Below are positions 9,890-19,685 of a stretch of 62,248 bases of DNA, one piece after another; position 1 is the stretch's first letter, and every line of letters starts with the position of its first letter. The position numbers and the translations under genes were made by a program. Location: the sequence record SRR20825019_411. The stretch is one strand, 5' to 3'. The notes beneath the pieces are model-generated. The model ran no database searches and had not been told where the DNA came from. It saw only the letters and a program-made list of their open reading frames with translations.

Positions 9890-11079
9890 TTAACTGTGCT
9901 CCGGGTTTTTCGTTCATACGAAATAAGCAGGACAAGACCGAGACCGGCACAAAGGGACATTGCACCCAGGTAAGTTGTAAAATTCAATGGTAGAATTGTC
10001 ACCAGAATAGAAAAGCTGATTAGAACGATCATATTGCTTTGAGTGACACGTATGGTTTGCGAGCGCGCCACCAAAAAGTTAAAAGCTATATAATTATAGA
10101 TTGAGTGAAAGAGAATATAAGCGCAAAGCATTCCGAACCCCAAGACTTGTTCGGATTCCAGTTCTCGATTTAAGAACACCCAGCTGATAGGCTTGTTCAT
10201 CAGGAAACACAAAACACCGAGCATTGCTGATACTAATCCCGTTAATCGTGCTAAGCGCTGCTTTAGTGTTTCATCGCCATGACCTGATGCTAGAAAAGGG
10301 AAAATAACATTAACACTCGATGTAACCATTGTTGTCACCATATTTATCACTCGAATCAAAATCGAAAGTATAGCAACTGTCTCAAGATCAAAGAGCCGAG
10401 GCGCTAAGAGTAATACGATATGGGGCAACGTATTATGAGTGGCATTAAATGGTAGCATTTCAAGTACTGACTTCATGGTAGCAGTCAGGGTTACTTTATC
10501 GGTCATTTTCAAGTCAACCTGCCGTGCGACAGCAACTAACCCGATGATGTGCTCTGCAATATAGACTCCGATAATCAGACATAAAAATAATTCAAAATCA
10601 GATGGAGCCCTAATAAATATAACGAGTAGAAAAAGTAATACTGCACGAGTAATTGAACGACGAAACATAATAAATTTTTGTTTTAAGCGTGCTTGAAAAT
10701 AGTATTCACAAGAAATTGTACTGAAGAGCAGATGCGTAAACACCAATATAGCGACAAAGGATGCTTCAGGGGCGCTGAAATATATATACAGTGCAAAAAA
10801 GGGAGTCGTCCCTAGAAGTAATACGATGTAGGAAATGATACCGGAGACAATCAGTTTTCCTGGGTTGGAAAGAGTAGTGTTAAGTTTCTTAACCAATGCA
10901 AAATGTGGTGCTGTGATTAATAGCTGAACAAGTGCCGCAGCCGAGTTAACCAGGTACCACTTCCCTAGGTCCTCCAAATTAAGGACCCTGACGAGATAAA
11001 CGTTTAAAAATAACGGAAAAGCAACCAGTTGCAGTTGGTTGACTAAGTTATAACCGAGATTCATCCGTAAACTTACCAC
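9886..11079 (-). CDS. wzx: Oligosaccharide flippase
   Basis: About 12 TM segments with a Wzx-like N-terminus (NLGYNLVNQ...YLVRVLNLEDLG). Confidence 0.75.
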   Translation of the reverse strand: MVSLRMNLGYNLVNQLQLVAFPLFLNVYLVRVLNLEDLGKWYLVNSAAALVQLLITAPHFALVKKLNTTLSNPGKLIVSGIISYIVLLLGTTPFFALYIYFSAPEASFVAILVFTHLLFSTISCEYYFQARLKQKFIMFRRSITRAVLLFLLVIFIRAPSDFELFLCLIIGVYIAEHIIGLVAVARQVDLKMTDKVTLTATMKSVLEMLPFNATHNTLPHIVLLLAPRLFDLETVAILSILIRVINMVTTMVTSSVNVIFPFLASGHGDETLKQRLARLTGLVSAMLGVLCFLMNKPISWVFLNRELESEQVLGFGMLCAYILFHSIYNYIAFNFLVARSQTIRVTQSNMIVLISFSILVTILPLNFTTYLGAMSLCAGLGLVLLISYERKTRSTVK

Positions 11080-11080
11080 T

Positions 11081-12832
11081 TTAGCAGTACTCTTCCAGGT
11101 GGTATTTAATCCATTTGCTCAAAATCAATGCTCTATAATACTGCTGAGGTGTACGAGGAGTGGGGAGCCCAAATTTGGTGAGGCTGGGTAACCGTAGTCC
11201 GAGAAAGGCAGTTTCTCCCTTCGCAAACATGCCGCGCTTTGAAAACCCTAGATTTCTACCAAGCCTCAAGTTCAATTGTTCGACTAATGGGGTCTTTTCT
11301 CCACGCGGCAGACTCGCTAAGTCACAGTTTCCAATATACTCCAATAAATCGTTGTTTAGAAATGGCGTTCTGAACTCTTTAGAATGCCACATTGAAGCGC
11401 GGTCAGACTTTACAGTCAAATATTCAGACAGATTATTCATATATGCGTGGCGGTATAAGGTCAAAAGTTGATCCTCAGACGTATACCCTGTGGGCATTCT
11501 ATTTAGTTGCCATTGGCCGCGATGAAGCGCTAGGTCCGTTTCCAACATTTGTGGGGCACTCATGGGCAAACGGGATGTTAGCTTTCTCCATATTCGACGA
11601 AGGGTATCTGGAGCAGTAGATAATAAGCAGGCACCTGCTACACTCGCTGTGCCTGCCACTGTAGGCTTGCAGCCCAATCGTGTTAGATATCTCCGGTAGT
11701 TTACGTAAGATAGAAACAATTCGTCTGCACCGTCACCATTCAACAGAACCCGAATACTATCTGGCGTGGCCCCGACAATACGCAGCAGTAAAGGATAGGC
11801 AACATCCGATATTGGCTCATCCATTGAAGGTATCGAAGCTTCAATCAGCCCTTCCAGTTGCGTTTCGGGTACGTCTACCACGGTATGGGGTATTCCAAGG
11901 ATGCTCGCGACCTGAACTGCGCGATCGGTCTCTACATCACTTCCTCTCCCATATTTAACGGTCAGACAATCTAGTCGATAATCTAATTCATAACGCGCAA
12001 CGGTAGCCACGTAGCTGCTGTCGATGCCTCCAGAGAGCATTAGGCCCACAGGAACGTCCGCTAACAGGCGGTCGTGTAATGATTGTGTAAATAGTGAATC
12101 AAAGTGTTTTATCGAAAATGATTCACTCGTGTCGCTCAAAGAATTTCTGAATAGCGGTGGTTGGTCTTCGAGCTTCACTTTTCGTGTGGCAATATTGTAG
12201 GTAAGTACTTGACCTGCTTCCAGCTTATGAACTCCTTCAAATACGCAACAATTAGCTGGGGCATAACCAGAATGTAGGAAATAGTCCAAATAGGCATTGT
12301 TGAGGCGTAAGTTGCCGCTGTAAAGCTTTGAAAGCGCTAGAATATTTGATGCGAAAACAAAAACTTCGCCGTCAAATAGGTAGTAGAGGGGCTTCTCGCC
12401 AAAAAAATCCCGACATAGGGTTATCGTTTCCCTGTTTCTGTCCAAAAAAGCCACGGCCCACATCCCATCGAGGGACCTAAAGCATTCAAGTCCGTCTTCA
12501 ATGAATGCGGAGAGGAGAACTTCACTGTCACCCGAAGACCCAAATTTCACCCCTTGCCGGACTAGTCCGTCACGCAATTGACGGAAGTTATAAATTTCCC
12601 CGTTAAACACCATGTCCACTCCGGCTTTAGACATCGGCTGATCCGAATATGAAGAAGTATCGACTATCTTCAAGCGTCGATGACCAAGTAAACATCGAAA
12701 AGGACCCAAATCAGCAACTTGAAAGCGCTTTGTATCGGGCCCCCGTTGTTTCAGTTGGTGGGCGGCTTGTTCCCACCGAGAATTTAGATTCCCTCGAGAT
12801 ACAGGCTCGACAATGCCTGCTATTCCGCACAC
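11081..12832 (-). CDS. asnB: Asparagine synthase-like glutamine amidotransferase (glycan amidation)
   Basis: MCGIAG Ntn Cys, RGPD, FNGEIYN, LSGGIDSS and GDGADELF. Confidence 0.88.
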   Translation of the reverse strand: MCGIAGIVEPVSRGNLNSRWEQAAHQLKQRGPDTKRFQVADLGPFRCLLGHRRLKIVDTSSYSDQPMSKAGVDMVFNGEIYNFRQLRDGLVRQGVKFGSSGDSEVLLSAFIEDGLECFRSLDGMWAVAFLDRNRETITLCRDFFGEKPLYYLFDGEVFVFASNILALSKLYSGNLRLNNAYLDYFLHSGYAPANCCVFEGVHKLEAGQVLTYNIATRKVKLEDQPPLFRNSLSDTSESFSIKHFDSLFTQSLHDRLLADVPVGLMLSGGIDSSYVATVARYELDYRLDCLTVKYGRGSDVETDRAVQVASILGIPHTVVDVPETQLEGLIEASIPSMDEPISDVAYPLLLRIVGATPDSIRVLLNGDGADELFLSYVNYRRYLTRLGCKPTVAGTASVAGACLLSTAPDTLRRIWRKLTSRLPMSAPQMLETDLALHRGQWQLNRMPTGYTSEDQLLTLYRHAYMNNLSEYLTVKSDRASMWHSKEFRTPFLNNDLLEYIGNCDLASLPRGEKTPLVEQLNLRLGRNLGFSKRGMFAKGETAFLGLRLPSLTKFGLPTPRTPQQYYRALILSKWIKYHLEEYC

Positions 12833-14052
12833 GAGACACTGTCCAATGCTTCTTTTAGGATTTGGTGTAGTTTCTGCCGCTTCTTGAATGTGTCCAGTTC
12901 ATCTCTGTAGTCAAAGGAGATGAGCGGTGAATTTGTTACGCTTTCAAGGATGAGATTAAAAGTTGATCTGTAAGAAATGATTGCTATTGCTTTCGGGACT
13001 CGGCTTAGCTCCAATGTTACATCAACTTCATCGAGAATAGCGGGAAGGTATTTCCTCTTTGCTCGTGGATGGGGGCGGTAATAGATCTTGATTTTGTTTC
13101 CAAATCTTTCATGAATTTGCCGTATTTCCTCAGACTGCTCCGACTGGAGAGCCGGTGACCCAATGACCAATACGGGGAGTTTTTCTCCTTCCGGGTTAAA
13201 TAACTCAAGCTGCATCAGGAATTTCTGTTCGGATTGCAGAGGACGTTCAAAAACATACTGCAAGAATTGGTCTATAGCGCCCTTTGTGAAATGCAAGAGA
13301 TTCCATGTACCCTCCAGTTTGGGGGTAGGGCCAAACACCACCACTTTGTTTTCCTCAACACTCTTCATGGTTAAATCACCGTGCTGAATCATGGTTTTGC
13401 ATGGAATACTCAAGCTATCTACAAGCAGCGCCCAGCGGTCATAATGGTTTGATATCCAAATCTCGGATGGCCTCGCGCCAATAAGGTATCTGTATACCAA
13501 ATGCCACCGGTAACCCATATATGTGTATAAAATTAGATGCCATTTGCCGGGGCGAATACAGATTCGTGCTGATCCCATCCAAGTCTTCCATATAGCCCAG
13601 CAAAAGTCTTGGCAACTCACGGCCTTCGCAAAGTCCAAACGCGTCATACTTTCGGGCAAACATTCCGGGATTTCACGCCAAGGCAGATGAATATAGGTAT
13701 CTGGCAGGCGGCAAATATTTTCAACAGATGAAAGTGTCTCTACGGTAGACGACCCTAAGAAAACATTATGGGCGTCATCCAAATTCCCATGGAGCCGCAG
13801 GTTGCCCCTGAGACGTAGAACTATTATAGCGTCCCTAAACATAGAAGCTGGGAGCAATATAAAAAGCCACAATGGTATCAACGTCGGCAAAAGCCGAGCT
13901 ATGCCCCGAGCACCGAAAATTACAAATGGCGGTAAAAGATGCGCATGGGGAAGCCATCCTACACCATGACGTCCCGAATAATGGCGCGCATTAAAATCTG
14001 TAATCTGATATTCAGCACTTAAGGCGCGCTCGTAATGTTTATATTCGTACAT
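12820..14052 (-). CDS. Hypothetical protein; candidate nonulosonic-acid (legionaminate) transferase
   Basis: QHG, YRPHPR and ISYRST motifs resemble GT-B sialyltransferase-type HP and S-S/T motifs. No other obvious NulO transferase is in the window. Confidence 0.5.
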   Translation of the reverse strand: MYEYKHYERALSAEYQITDFNARHYSGRHGVGWLPHAHLLPPFVIFGARGIARLLPTLIPLWLFILLPASMFRDAIIVLRLRGNLRLHGNLDDAHNVFLGSSTVETLSSVENICRLPDTYIHLPWREIPECLPESMTRLDFAKAVSCQDFCWAIWKTWMGSARICIRPGKWHLILYTYMGYRWHLVYRYLIGARPSEIWISNHYDRWALLVDSLSIPCKTMIQHGDLTMKSVEENKVVVFGPTPKLEGTWNLLHFTKGAIDQFLQYVFERPLQSEQKFLMQLELFNPEGEKLPVLVIGSPALQSEQSEEIRQIHERFGNKIKIYYRPHPRAKRKYLPAILDEVDVTLELSRVPKAIAIISYRSTFNLILESVTNSPLISFDYRDELDTFKKRQKLHQILKEALDSVSCAE

Positions 14053-14182
14053 ATTTTTTAGGCTTAAGCCTCAAGGTGACTAAATGCCTCTTTCTTTAAC
14101 AACCTTAAGTCTGGTTTAATATAACTAATTAAAGCTTTCTTCGTGATTGTGTGGAGGTAACAGCGGCAAGTAAAACTTAAGG

Positions 14183-14608
14183 TTAGTCAATTTCACCTTG
14201 TCTCAAATTTTTTAGTGTGTCGTTGATGAGAGTCGAAGATGTGCCCTTAGTATAAGGAAAGTATATTACTTTAACTCCCAAGATTTTGAACTGTTTATCA
14301 TATTCTTCCCATTTTTTAGTTTTATACCAGTCGTCACCTACAAACATGATGTCAAATCTATACCTAGCGTGAGCCTCCAGCTTATCCATACTTGTCTGGG
14401 GTACGGCCAAGTCGGTGTACTTGATGTTGCGAATAAGTTCTATACGTTCTTCAAACGGAATAACGGACTTCTTTTTTTTGTAGGCTACAAGTTCATCTAC
14501 GGTAACTCCTACAATAAGTCGATCACACATAGACTTTGCGTTTCGCAGTAGGTTCAAATGTCCAACATGCAGTAGATCGAAGACGCCGGTTGTATATCCA
14601 ATGACCAT
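14183..14608 (-). CDS. tagD: Glycerol-3-phosphate cytidylyltransferase-like protein
   Basis: GVFDLLHVGH (HxGH), GDDW and YTKGTSST. Confidence 0.8.
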   Translation of the reverse strand: MVIGYTTGVFDLLHVGHLNLLRNAKSMCDRLIVGVTVDELVAYKKKKSVIPFEERIELIRNIKYTDLAVPQTSMDKLEAHARYRFDIMFVGDDWYKTKKWEEYDKQFKILGVKVIYFPYTKGTSSTLINDTLKNLRQGEID

Positions 14609-14609
14609 G

Positions 14610-16142
14610 TTACCCCCAATTGAGTTTTGCTAAACAGAAATTCTGAAAATGAGAATACTCTTTCATCTGAGTAGAATTTTGAAATGTTGCAGAAAACCCA
14701 ACTTTGGGGCGTTCAAGAACACCTTTTAAATTTACTTCTTGAGCTAAGCGTCGCAAGTAAGATTTCGAAAAGCCATCAACATGCCTCTGCTCTATCGGAA
14801 CTCGGTAAAGTAAGTTGAATAACTTAGGCGTAACAAAAGGAACGCGAGCTTCCTTTGAGGCACACATTGACGCTGAATCCATTCGTCGCAAAAGACCGGG
14901 TAAATGTACTTCGATAAAAAAGTCCTCTAAAAACTCAATGGGAAATTTGCCACGCATGCGATCACTCAACCAGTCTAGAGTGTCAGTATCTAAATCGACC
15001 ATTTTATTGTATGAATAACGTTCTGCAAAGTCAGTGACAGACAAATGGCTCAGACTGCTACCCCATTTAAAAATACGGTCATACCCAAACAACAGCTCGT
15101 CTGCGCCTTCGCCCGTAAGGACAACCTTTTCATTTTCACTCATCGATTTGCAAACAAGATAAATCAGACCTTCATTCGGAACACTCAAAGGTTCTCGACG
15201 GTAGTTTAGAATATCAATCCACGCTTGCTCAAGTTCTTCGTGGGAGATACTTACTTTGCGAAGGTCTACATTCAGGATTTTTGCGGTTTCGGCGGCCCCA
15301 CTGAATTCATTATTATTATTTAATCCAACAGTATAGCACTTATCTACTTTGGAAAGCGCCGAAATGATAGCGCTATCTAATCCGCCACTTAACAGAGATA
15401 CTGTCTGAAAGTCGTTAATCAGATGAGCGGAAATGGAATGACTGAGCTCCGCCCTGAAGGCTTCATAGTCTATCTCGATATTGTGTTTCGACGGATGCCA
15501 ATATTGCTTAACTCCACTTGAAGAATCATAAATGTATCCCGGCAGCAACTCCTTAACCTTAGTGAAAAAAGTCCGGCCAGCTAAAGGGCGCCGGAAGGCG
15601 CGCCATTCTTTTAATGAGGTTTCGGAAACCTCACTTCCCACTATATCGTTGACTATCGCAGCTTCTGAGCCAAAAATTATCTGTCCATTTTGGTCTGCGT
15701 AGAAGAGTGGCTTGATACCCAACTGATCCCGTGCTGCAAAAAAACTATCTTGGAGCGTGTCGTAGATTACAAAGGCAAACATACCTTCCAAATATTTCAC
15801 ACAATCAGAACCTACTTTTATATAAAGGTTCAGTAGTGTTTCACTGTCCGAGTGAGTGGTACACTTCAACTTGAATTGTTGCCGAATGCTAAGGTGGTTG
15901 TATATTTCGCCATTGTAGACTAGAATATATCGCCCACATGAAGAACTCATTGGCATGTTTGCTTCCGACGAGGTGTCGAGGATTGTAAGTCGGTTATGCC
16001 CGAGAGAGGCGCGATTTTTCTCGTCAAACCATAAACCAGTATAATCTGGCCCACGCCAAGACTGTCTTGCAAGAAGACTTGAAAGACCATTTTTAGGAAG
16101 GATTTTCCCTGAAGAAGAAAAGGCTGCAATGATGCCACACAT
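14610..16142 (-). CDS. asnB: Second asparagine synthase-like amidotransferase
   Basis: MCGI, RGPD, YNGEIYNH, RDQLGIKPL, LSGGLDS, GEGADELL and EARVPF. Confidence 0.88.
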   Translation of the reverse strand: MCGIIAAFSSSGKILPKNGLSSLLARQSWRGPDYTGLWFDEKNRASLGHNRLTILDTSSEANMPMSSSCGRYILVYNGEIYNHLSIRQQFKLKCTTHSDSETLLNLYIKVGSDCVKYLEGMFAFVIYDTLQDSFFAARDQLGIKPLFYADQNGQIIFGSEAAIVNDIVGSEVSETSLKEWRAFRRPLAGRTFFTKVKELLPGYIYDSSSGVKQYWHPSKHNIEIDYEAFRAELSHSISAHLINDFQTVSLLSGGLDSAIISALSKVDKCYTVGLNNNNEFSGAAETAKILNVDLRKVSISHEELEQAWIDILNYRREPLSVPNEGLIYLVCKSMSENEKVVLTGEGADELLFGYDRIFKWGSSLSHLSVTDFAERYSYNKMVDLDTDTLDWLSDRMRGKFPIEFLEDFFIEVHLPGLLRRMDSASMCASKEARVPFVTPKLFNLLYRVPIEQRHVDGFSKSYLRRLAQEVNLKGVLERPKVGFSATFQNSTQMKEYSHFQNFCLAKLNWG

Positions 16143-16172
16143 ATGCTTTGGTACCTCGCGTGTAGTTTGTAA

Positions 16173-17183
16173 CTATTTTTCGTGTCTGAGTGCTAAAAAC
16201 TGTTCAAACATATTGTCCAGTTCATCAATGTACGGCTGAAATCTACTGTCTAACTGGCCCACAACCTTCGATCTAAAAAAATCATTCTCGGGTCTTTTCC
16301 TAGGTAGTTTTTCTTGTTTCATAATCCGATGCGTTTCGCGTGTTTCATTCACGTTAAGAAAGGCACAAATGTCTACGACTACTCGTTTTGTCTCGATACA
16401 TAGTTCATCAAAACTAAACACACGGATATGCTTCCGTTGGTCTTTTGAGCAAGCAGAATAACCTTTCAAGTTTGTCTCCACACAAAAATGAATCATGAGA
16501 GTCAGGCGTTCGACTGCGCTCATTTGGGTATAATCGAAGTTGGTGTAGTTCATCATAAACATGGGGAGGGATCGTCCCTCCGTGCATACTGAGAATTGGA
16601 ACTCTCGCGGATCTACCCCTATCCGTTCGCCAAATCGTCTCCTCTGCCAATCAAGAATAAGCTCATATGGGTTTCTTATGATGTAAATAATATGAAGAGA
16701 TGAGCCCAGTGCATCAAAGAAAAGAGGCGCGCTACGCAATGCGTCGTGAGGGGCCTCATTCAAGATGGGTTTTTCGGTCTCAATTCGCTCTAAAACCGCA
16801 TCACCTTCTTTCATAAAAAGGCGGGCAATATACCGCCATCGATGCGCATTTTGCATCACGCCCGTGCTGTCTTTAGGGCGGAAGTTCACATCTCGGCTCA
16901 TCATAATATGATAGAGTTGCTGGTCAGCCTCCGTCTGAATATAAGTAATCGCCGCATCGTCGGAAATCTTTTTTAGCCAGTGAATATAGGCGATAAAATC
17001 AAATGGTGTATGATTGGATTGCTTTTCTATTCTCGTCAATGATCCCAGTATATGGGACAACATACCTTTACCCGAACTTCCAATCCCATCAGCAAATACG
17101 ATTTCTCTACAAAGTCGATTTTCCCGAACTAACTGAACTCTTGAGGGCCCCTCTGAAATTGCGTCCATTTTTCTCACTACCAT
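16173..17183 (-). CDS. Sulfotransferase-like (P-loop) protein
   Basis: DGIGSSGKGML resembles the 5'-PSB loop and IIYIIRNP resembles the 3'-PB motif. Start is uncertain (17183 or 17168). Confidence 0.55.
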   Translation of the reverse strand: MVVRKMDAISEGPSRVQLVRENRLCREIVFADGIGSSGKGMLSHILGSLTRIEKQSNHTPFDFIAYIHWLKKISDDAAITYIQTEADQQLYHIMMSRDVNFRPKDSTGVMQNAHRWRYIARLFMKEGDAVLERIETEKPILNEAPHDALRSAPLFFDALGSSLHIIYIIRNPYELILDWQRRRFGERIGVDPREFQFSVCTEGRSLPMFMMNYTNFDYTQMSAVERLTLMIHFCVETNLKGYSACSKDQRKHIRVFSFDELCIETKRVVVDICAFLNVNETRETHRIMKQEKLPRKRPENDFFRSKVVGQLDSRFQPYIDELDNMFEQFLALRHEK

Positions 17184-17977
17184 ACTCCCCACCCTCCATC
17201 TATATTGATAACCTGACCTGTTAAGTAAGCTGACATATCAGAGGCCAGAAATGCTATGACACCCTTGAAATCCTCCTCTGACGCCATCCGGCCCATTGGA
17301 GTGCGGTTTACATAACGATTTATGAATTGGTCGTGCTGTCCTCGCCTTATACCGCCCGGCGAAAAAGCGTTTACCCGCACGCTTGGTGCTAGCGTGGTCG
17401 CGAGCCAGCGGGTGAACTGGATCAAACCGCCTTTGGAAACACTATAGGCCGCGGGATTGGTCATTTGCGTGCCTTCATAGAGAGACCAGTCTGGTCCCCA
17501 CTGGCCGTAGATTGAGGCAACATTGACTATGTTGCCTCCACGTCCGTCGGCTAGCGTGGGTGCCAAAAGTTGGCACAGATGAAACGCTGAAGTTAGGTTG
17601 ACCTCTAGTGCCCGGCGCCAGGTCTCGACACTCTGCTGCTCAAATGGCACCGCCCATCCCGCCAACCCAGATGTGCCGACAAAGGCTGCATTATTGACAA
17701 GTATACTGAGGCTTCCATCAGCCTGGACGCGCGAAGCTAGAGCTTCCCGCTCTGCAGCGTCTTCAAGATCGCACGCCTCAGCGGTAGCGTTGATGCCGTG
17801 GTGTTGTTTTAACTCTGCCGCCAGTCTGACCGTGTCCGCGTCTGGCAGATCCACCAAGATAAGATCCGCACCCAACTCGGCCAGGCTATCAGCTAACACT
17901 CGGCCCAGATTTCCTGCAGCGCCTGTGATTAGCGCTCGACGACCTTCTAAATTCATCAGTGTCTTGAGATCAGTCAC
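17177..17977 (-). CDS. SDR oxidoreductase (PtmA/ElaC-like)
   Basis: TGAAGNLG, NNAA, SIYG, YSVSK catalytic YxxxK and SPGG. Confidence 0.88.
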   Translation of the reverse strand: MTDLKTLMNLEGRRALITGAAGNLGRVLADSLAELGADLILVDLPDADTVRLAAELKQHHGINATAEACDLEDAAEREALASRVQADGSLSILVNNAAFVGTSGLAGWAVPFEQQSVETWRRALEVNLTSAFHLCQLLAPTLADGRGGNIVNVASIYGQWGPDWSLYEGTQMTNPAAYSVSKGGLIQFTRWLATTLAPSVRVNAFSPGGIRRGQHDQFINRYVNRTPMGRMASEEDFKGVIAFLASDMSAYLTGQVINIDGGWGVW

Positions 17978-18678
17978 GTTAGCCCCGTTCGTTTTTTCAT
18001 CAAAAATTCAGCAATCTCGAAATCGAGAAGCGTATCAATGTCGATCGCGCGTTCTATCGGTACCGTAATAGCGCACACACGACCCGAAAAGACACCGTGT
18101 TTTGCCAATATATAGTTTGGATTTGCAATATAGGCGAAGGTGGTCATGTCATAGACGTTAGGTGCGTCCTGCCGGCGGACTACCACGTTTCTTGGGTTGT
18201 TGACTGGCACTACAGTGCCATCGCCTTGGGGCTTAACCATGTTGAACCAGGGGTTGCGGTGCGCTTCCGTCACGGCTACTACCATATCGGCCTGCCCCTC
18301 GCCATAGAGGTCAAGGCAGGTCACGATGTCTGCCGATGTGCGCAAGGGTGATGTAGTGGGTACTGAAATGAACGGATCGGGTAGTTTGCCGTCCTGTTGT
18401 TCAAGGAACCTGAGAGCATGGCGCCAGGCGTCCCACTCGGAAGCGCTATCGCTGGCCAGTTCGTCCGGCCGCATGAAGGGAACCTCAGCACCATAGTCGC
18501 GGGCCACATCGGCAATCTCAGGTGCGTCGGTCGATACAACTACGCGGCTAATGTCAGGTACCTCCAATGCTTGCTGGATTGCCCATCCGATTAGCGGTGT
18601 TCCCGCCAGCGGTCTGATGTTCTTGCCTGGTAGCCCTTTGGAGCCCCCTCGGGCAAAAACAAATGCAGTAAGGCTCAT
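17974..18678 (-). CDS. legF: CMP-nonulosonic acid synthetase (NeuA/LegF/PtmB/ElaB type)
   Basis: ARGGSKGLPGKN, STD, PTTSPLR, RRQDAP and DIDTLLDF. Confidence 0.9.
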   Translation of the reverse strand: MSLTAFVFARGGSKGLPGKNIRPLAGTPLIGWAIQQALEVPDISRVVVSTDAPEIADVARDYGAEVPFMRPDELASDSASEWDAWRHALRFLEQQDGKLPDPFISVPTTSPLRTSADIVTCLDLYGEGQADMVVAVTEAHRNPWFNMVKPQGDGTVVPVNNPRNVVVRRQDAPNVYDMTTFAYIANPNYILAKHGVFSGRVCAITVPIERAIDIDTLLDFEIAEFLMKKRTGLT

Positions 18679-19685
18679 GCCGCAGGTCCTCCAGTTGTCA
18701 TGCGGCGACCATCCAGAGCTGCGGAATGGCGCGCTATTTCAATCAACTTTATCACAGCAAGCCCATCGCTGCCGTTTGCAGCTACAGCGTCGGGCATACC
18801 AGACTTGATGGCAGCTAGCAGCGCGGCGATCTGGGCACAATAACTGGCGTCCCGGTCTGCCATTGAGATATGTAGGTCCAGCCACGCCCCGGCAGCGCTA
18901 TCGTATCGGGAGACGCTGCCTGCAATCGCATCCCAACGTATGCTGCCATCCGCCCCGATAGCAGTACACACCCGTATGGCATCGCGGCGCAGGAAATCCA
19001 TCGTCACTTGCGCCACTGGGCCGCCTTTCAACCCGAGTTGCAGCATAACGCAATCCTCAACGTCGATCTCCAGTTTGCTCTGGCGGCCAGTCCAGGCACT
19101 GACCCAGGAAATATCGCCAAACACCCAGCGGAGCATATCCAGTTCATGGCTCAGTTCCAGAAGCACACCACCACCGAGCACGGATCTGGCGGATACACTT
19201 TCTCGATAGTCTGTTTCGGGGCGCCAGTCGGGCAGGTACTGGCCCGTATCATGACGTATCGAATATATCTCTCCAATAGTACCCGCCTTTACTTCCGCTC
19301 GGAACCGCTGCAGTGTCGAAAGGAACCGCAAATTATAACCCACCTGCAGAATCAGGCCCTTGTCCGCACAAAGACCCAACAGGTCTGAAACGCCCTCGGT
19401 ACTATTCGAAAGGGGCTTCTCCACCAAAAGATGTGCTCCAGCCCGTGCCATTGCTTGAGCAGTTTCCAGATGAAACGGTGCGGGATTGGAAATTACCGCT
19501 AGCTGAGGCGCGAAATCTACGGCGTCCCGAAGCTGATTAAAGCACCCATTCGCATATGGTATGTCGCCCGAGTTTGCGGAATGGCGTAGTAGGCGGATGT
19601 CGGCATGTGGCAGCACGTCACGCAATAGCCGCAAGTGGCGGGTACCAATGCTGCCCAAGCCAGAAACTACCAGTCGGTCGATCAA
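18675..19685 (-). CDS. Gfo/Idh/MocA oxidoreductase (PtmF/ElaA-like)
   Basis: GLGSIG, VEKP, GYNLRF, GQYLPDWRP and GGGVLLELSHELD. Confidence 0.88.
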   Translation of the reverse strand: MIDRLVVSGLGSIGTRHLRLLRDVLPHADIRLLRHSANSGDIPYANGCFNQLRDAVDFAPQLAVISNPAPFHLETAQAMARAGAHLLVEKPLSNSTEGVSDLLGLCADKGLILQVGYNLRFLSTLQRFRAEVKAGTIGEIYSIRHDTGQYLPDWRPETDYRESVSARSVLGGGVLLELSHELDMLRWVFGDISWVSAWTGRQSKLEIDVEDCVMLQLGLKGGPVAQVTMDFLRRDAIRVCTAIGADGSIRWDAIAGSVSRYDSAAGAWLDLHISMADRDASYCAQIAALLAAIKSGMPDAVAANGSDGLAVIKLIEIARHSAALDGRRMTTGGPAA

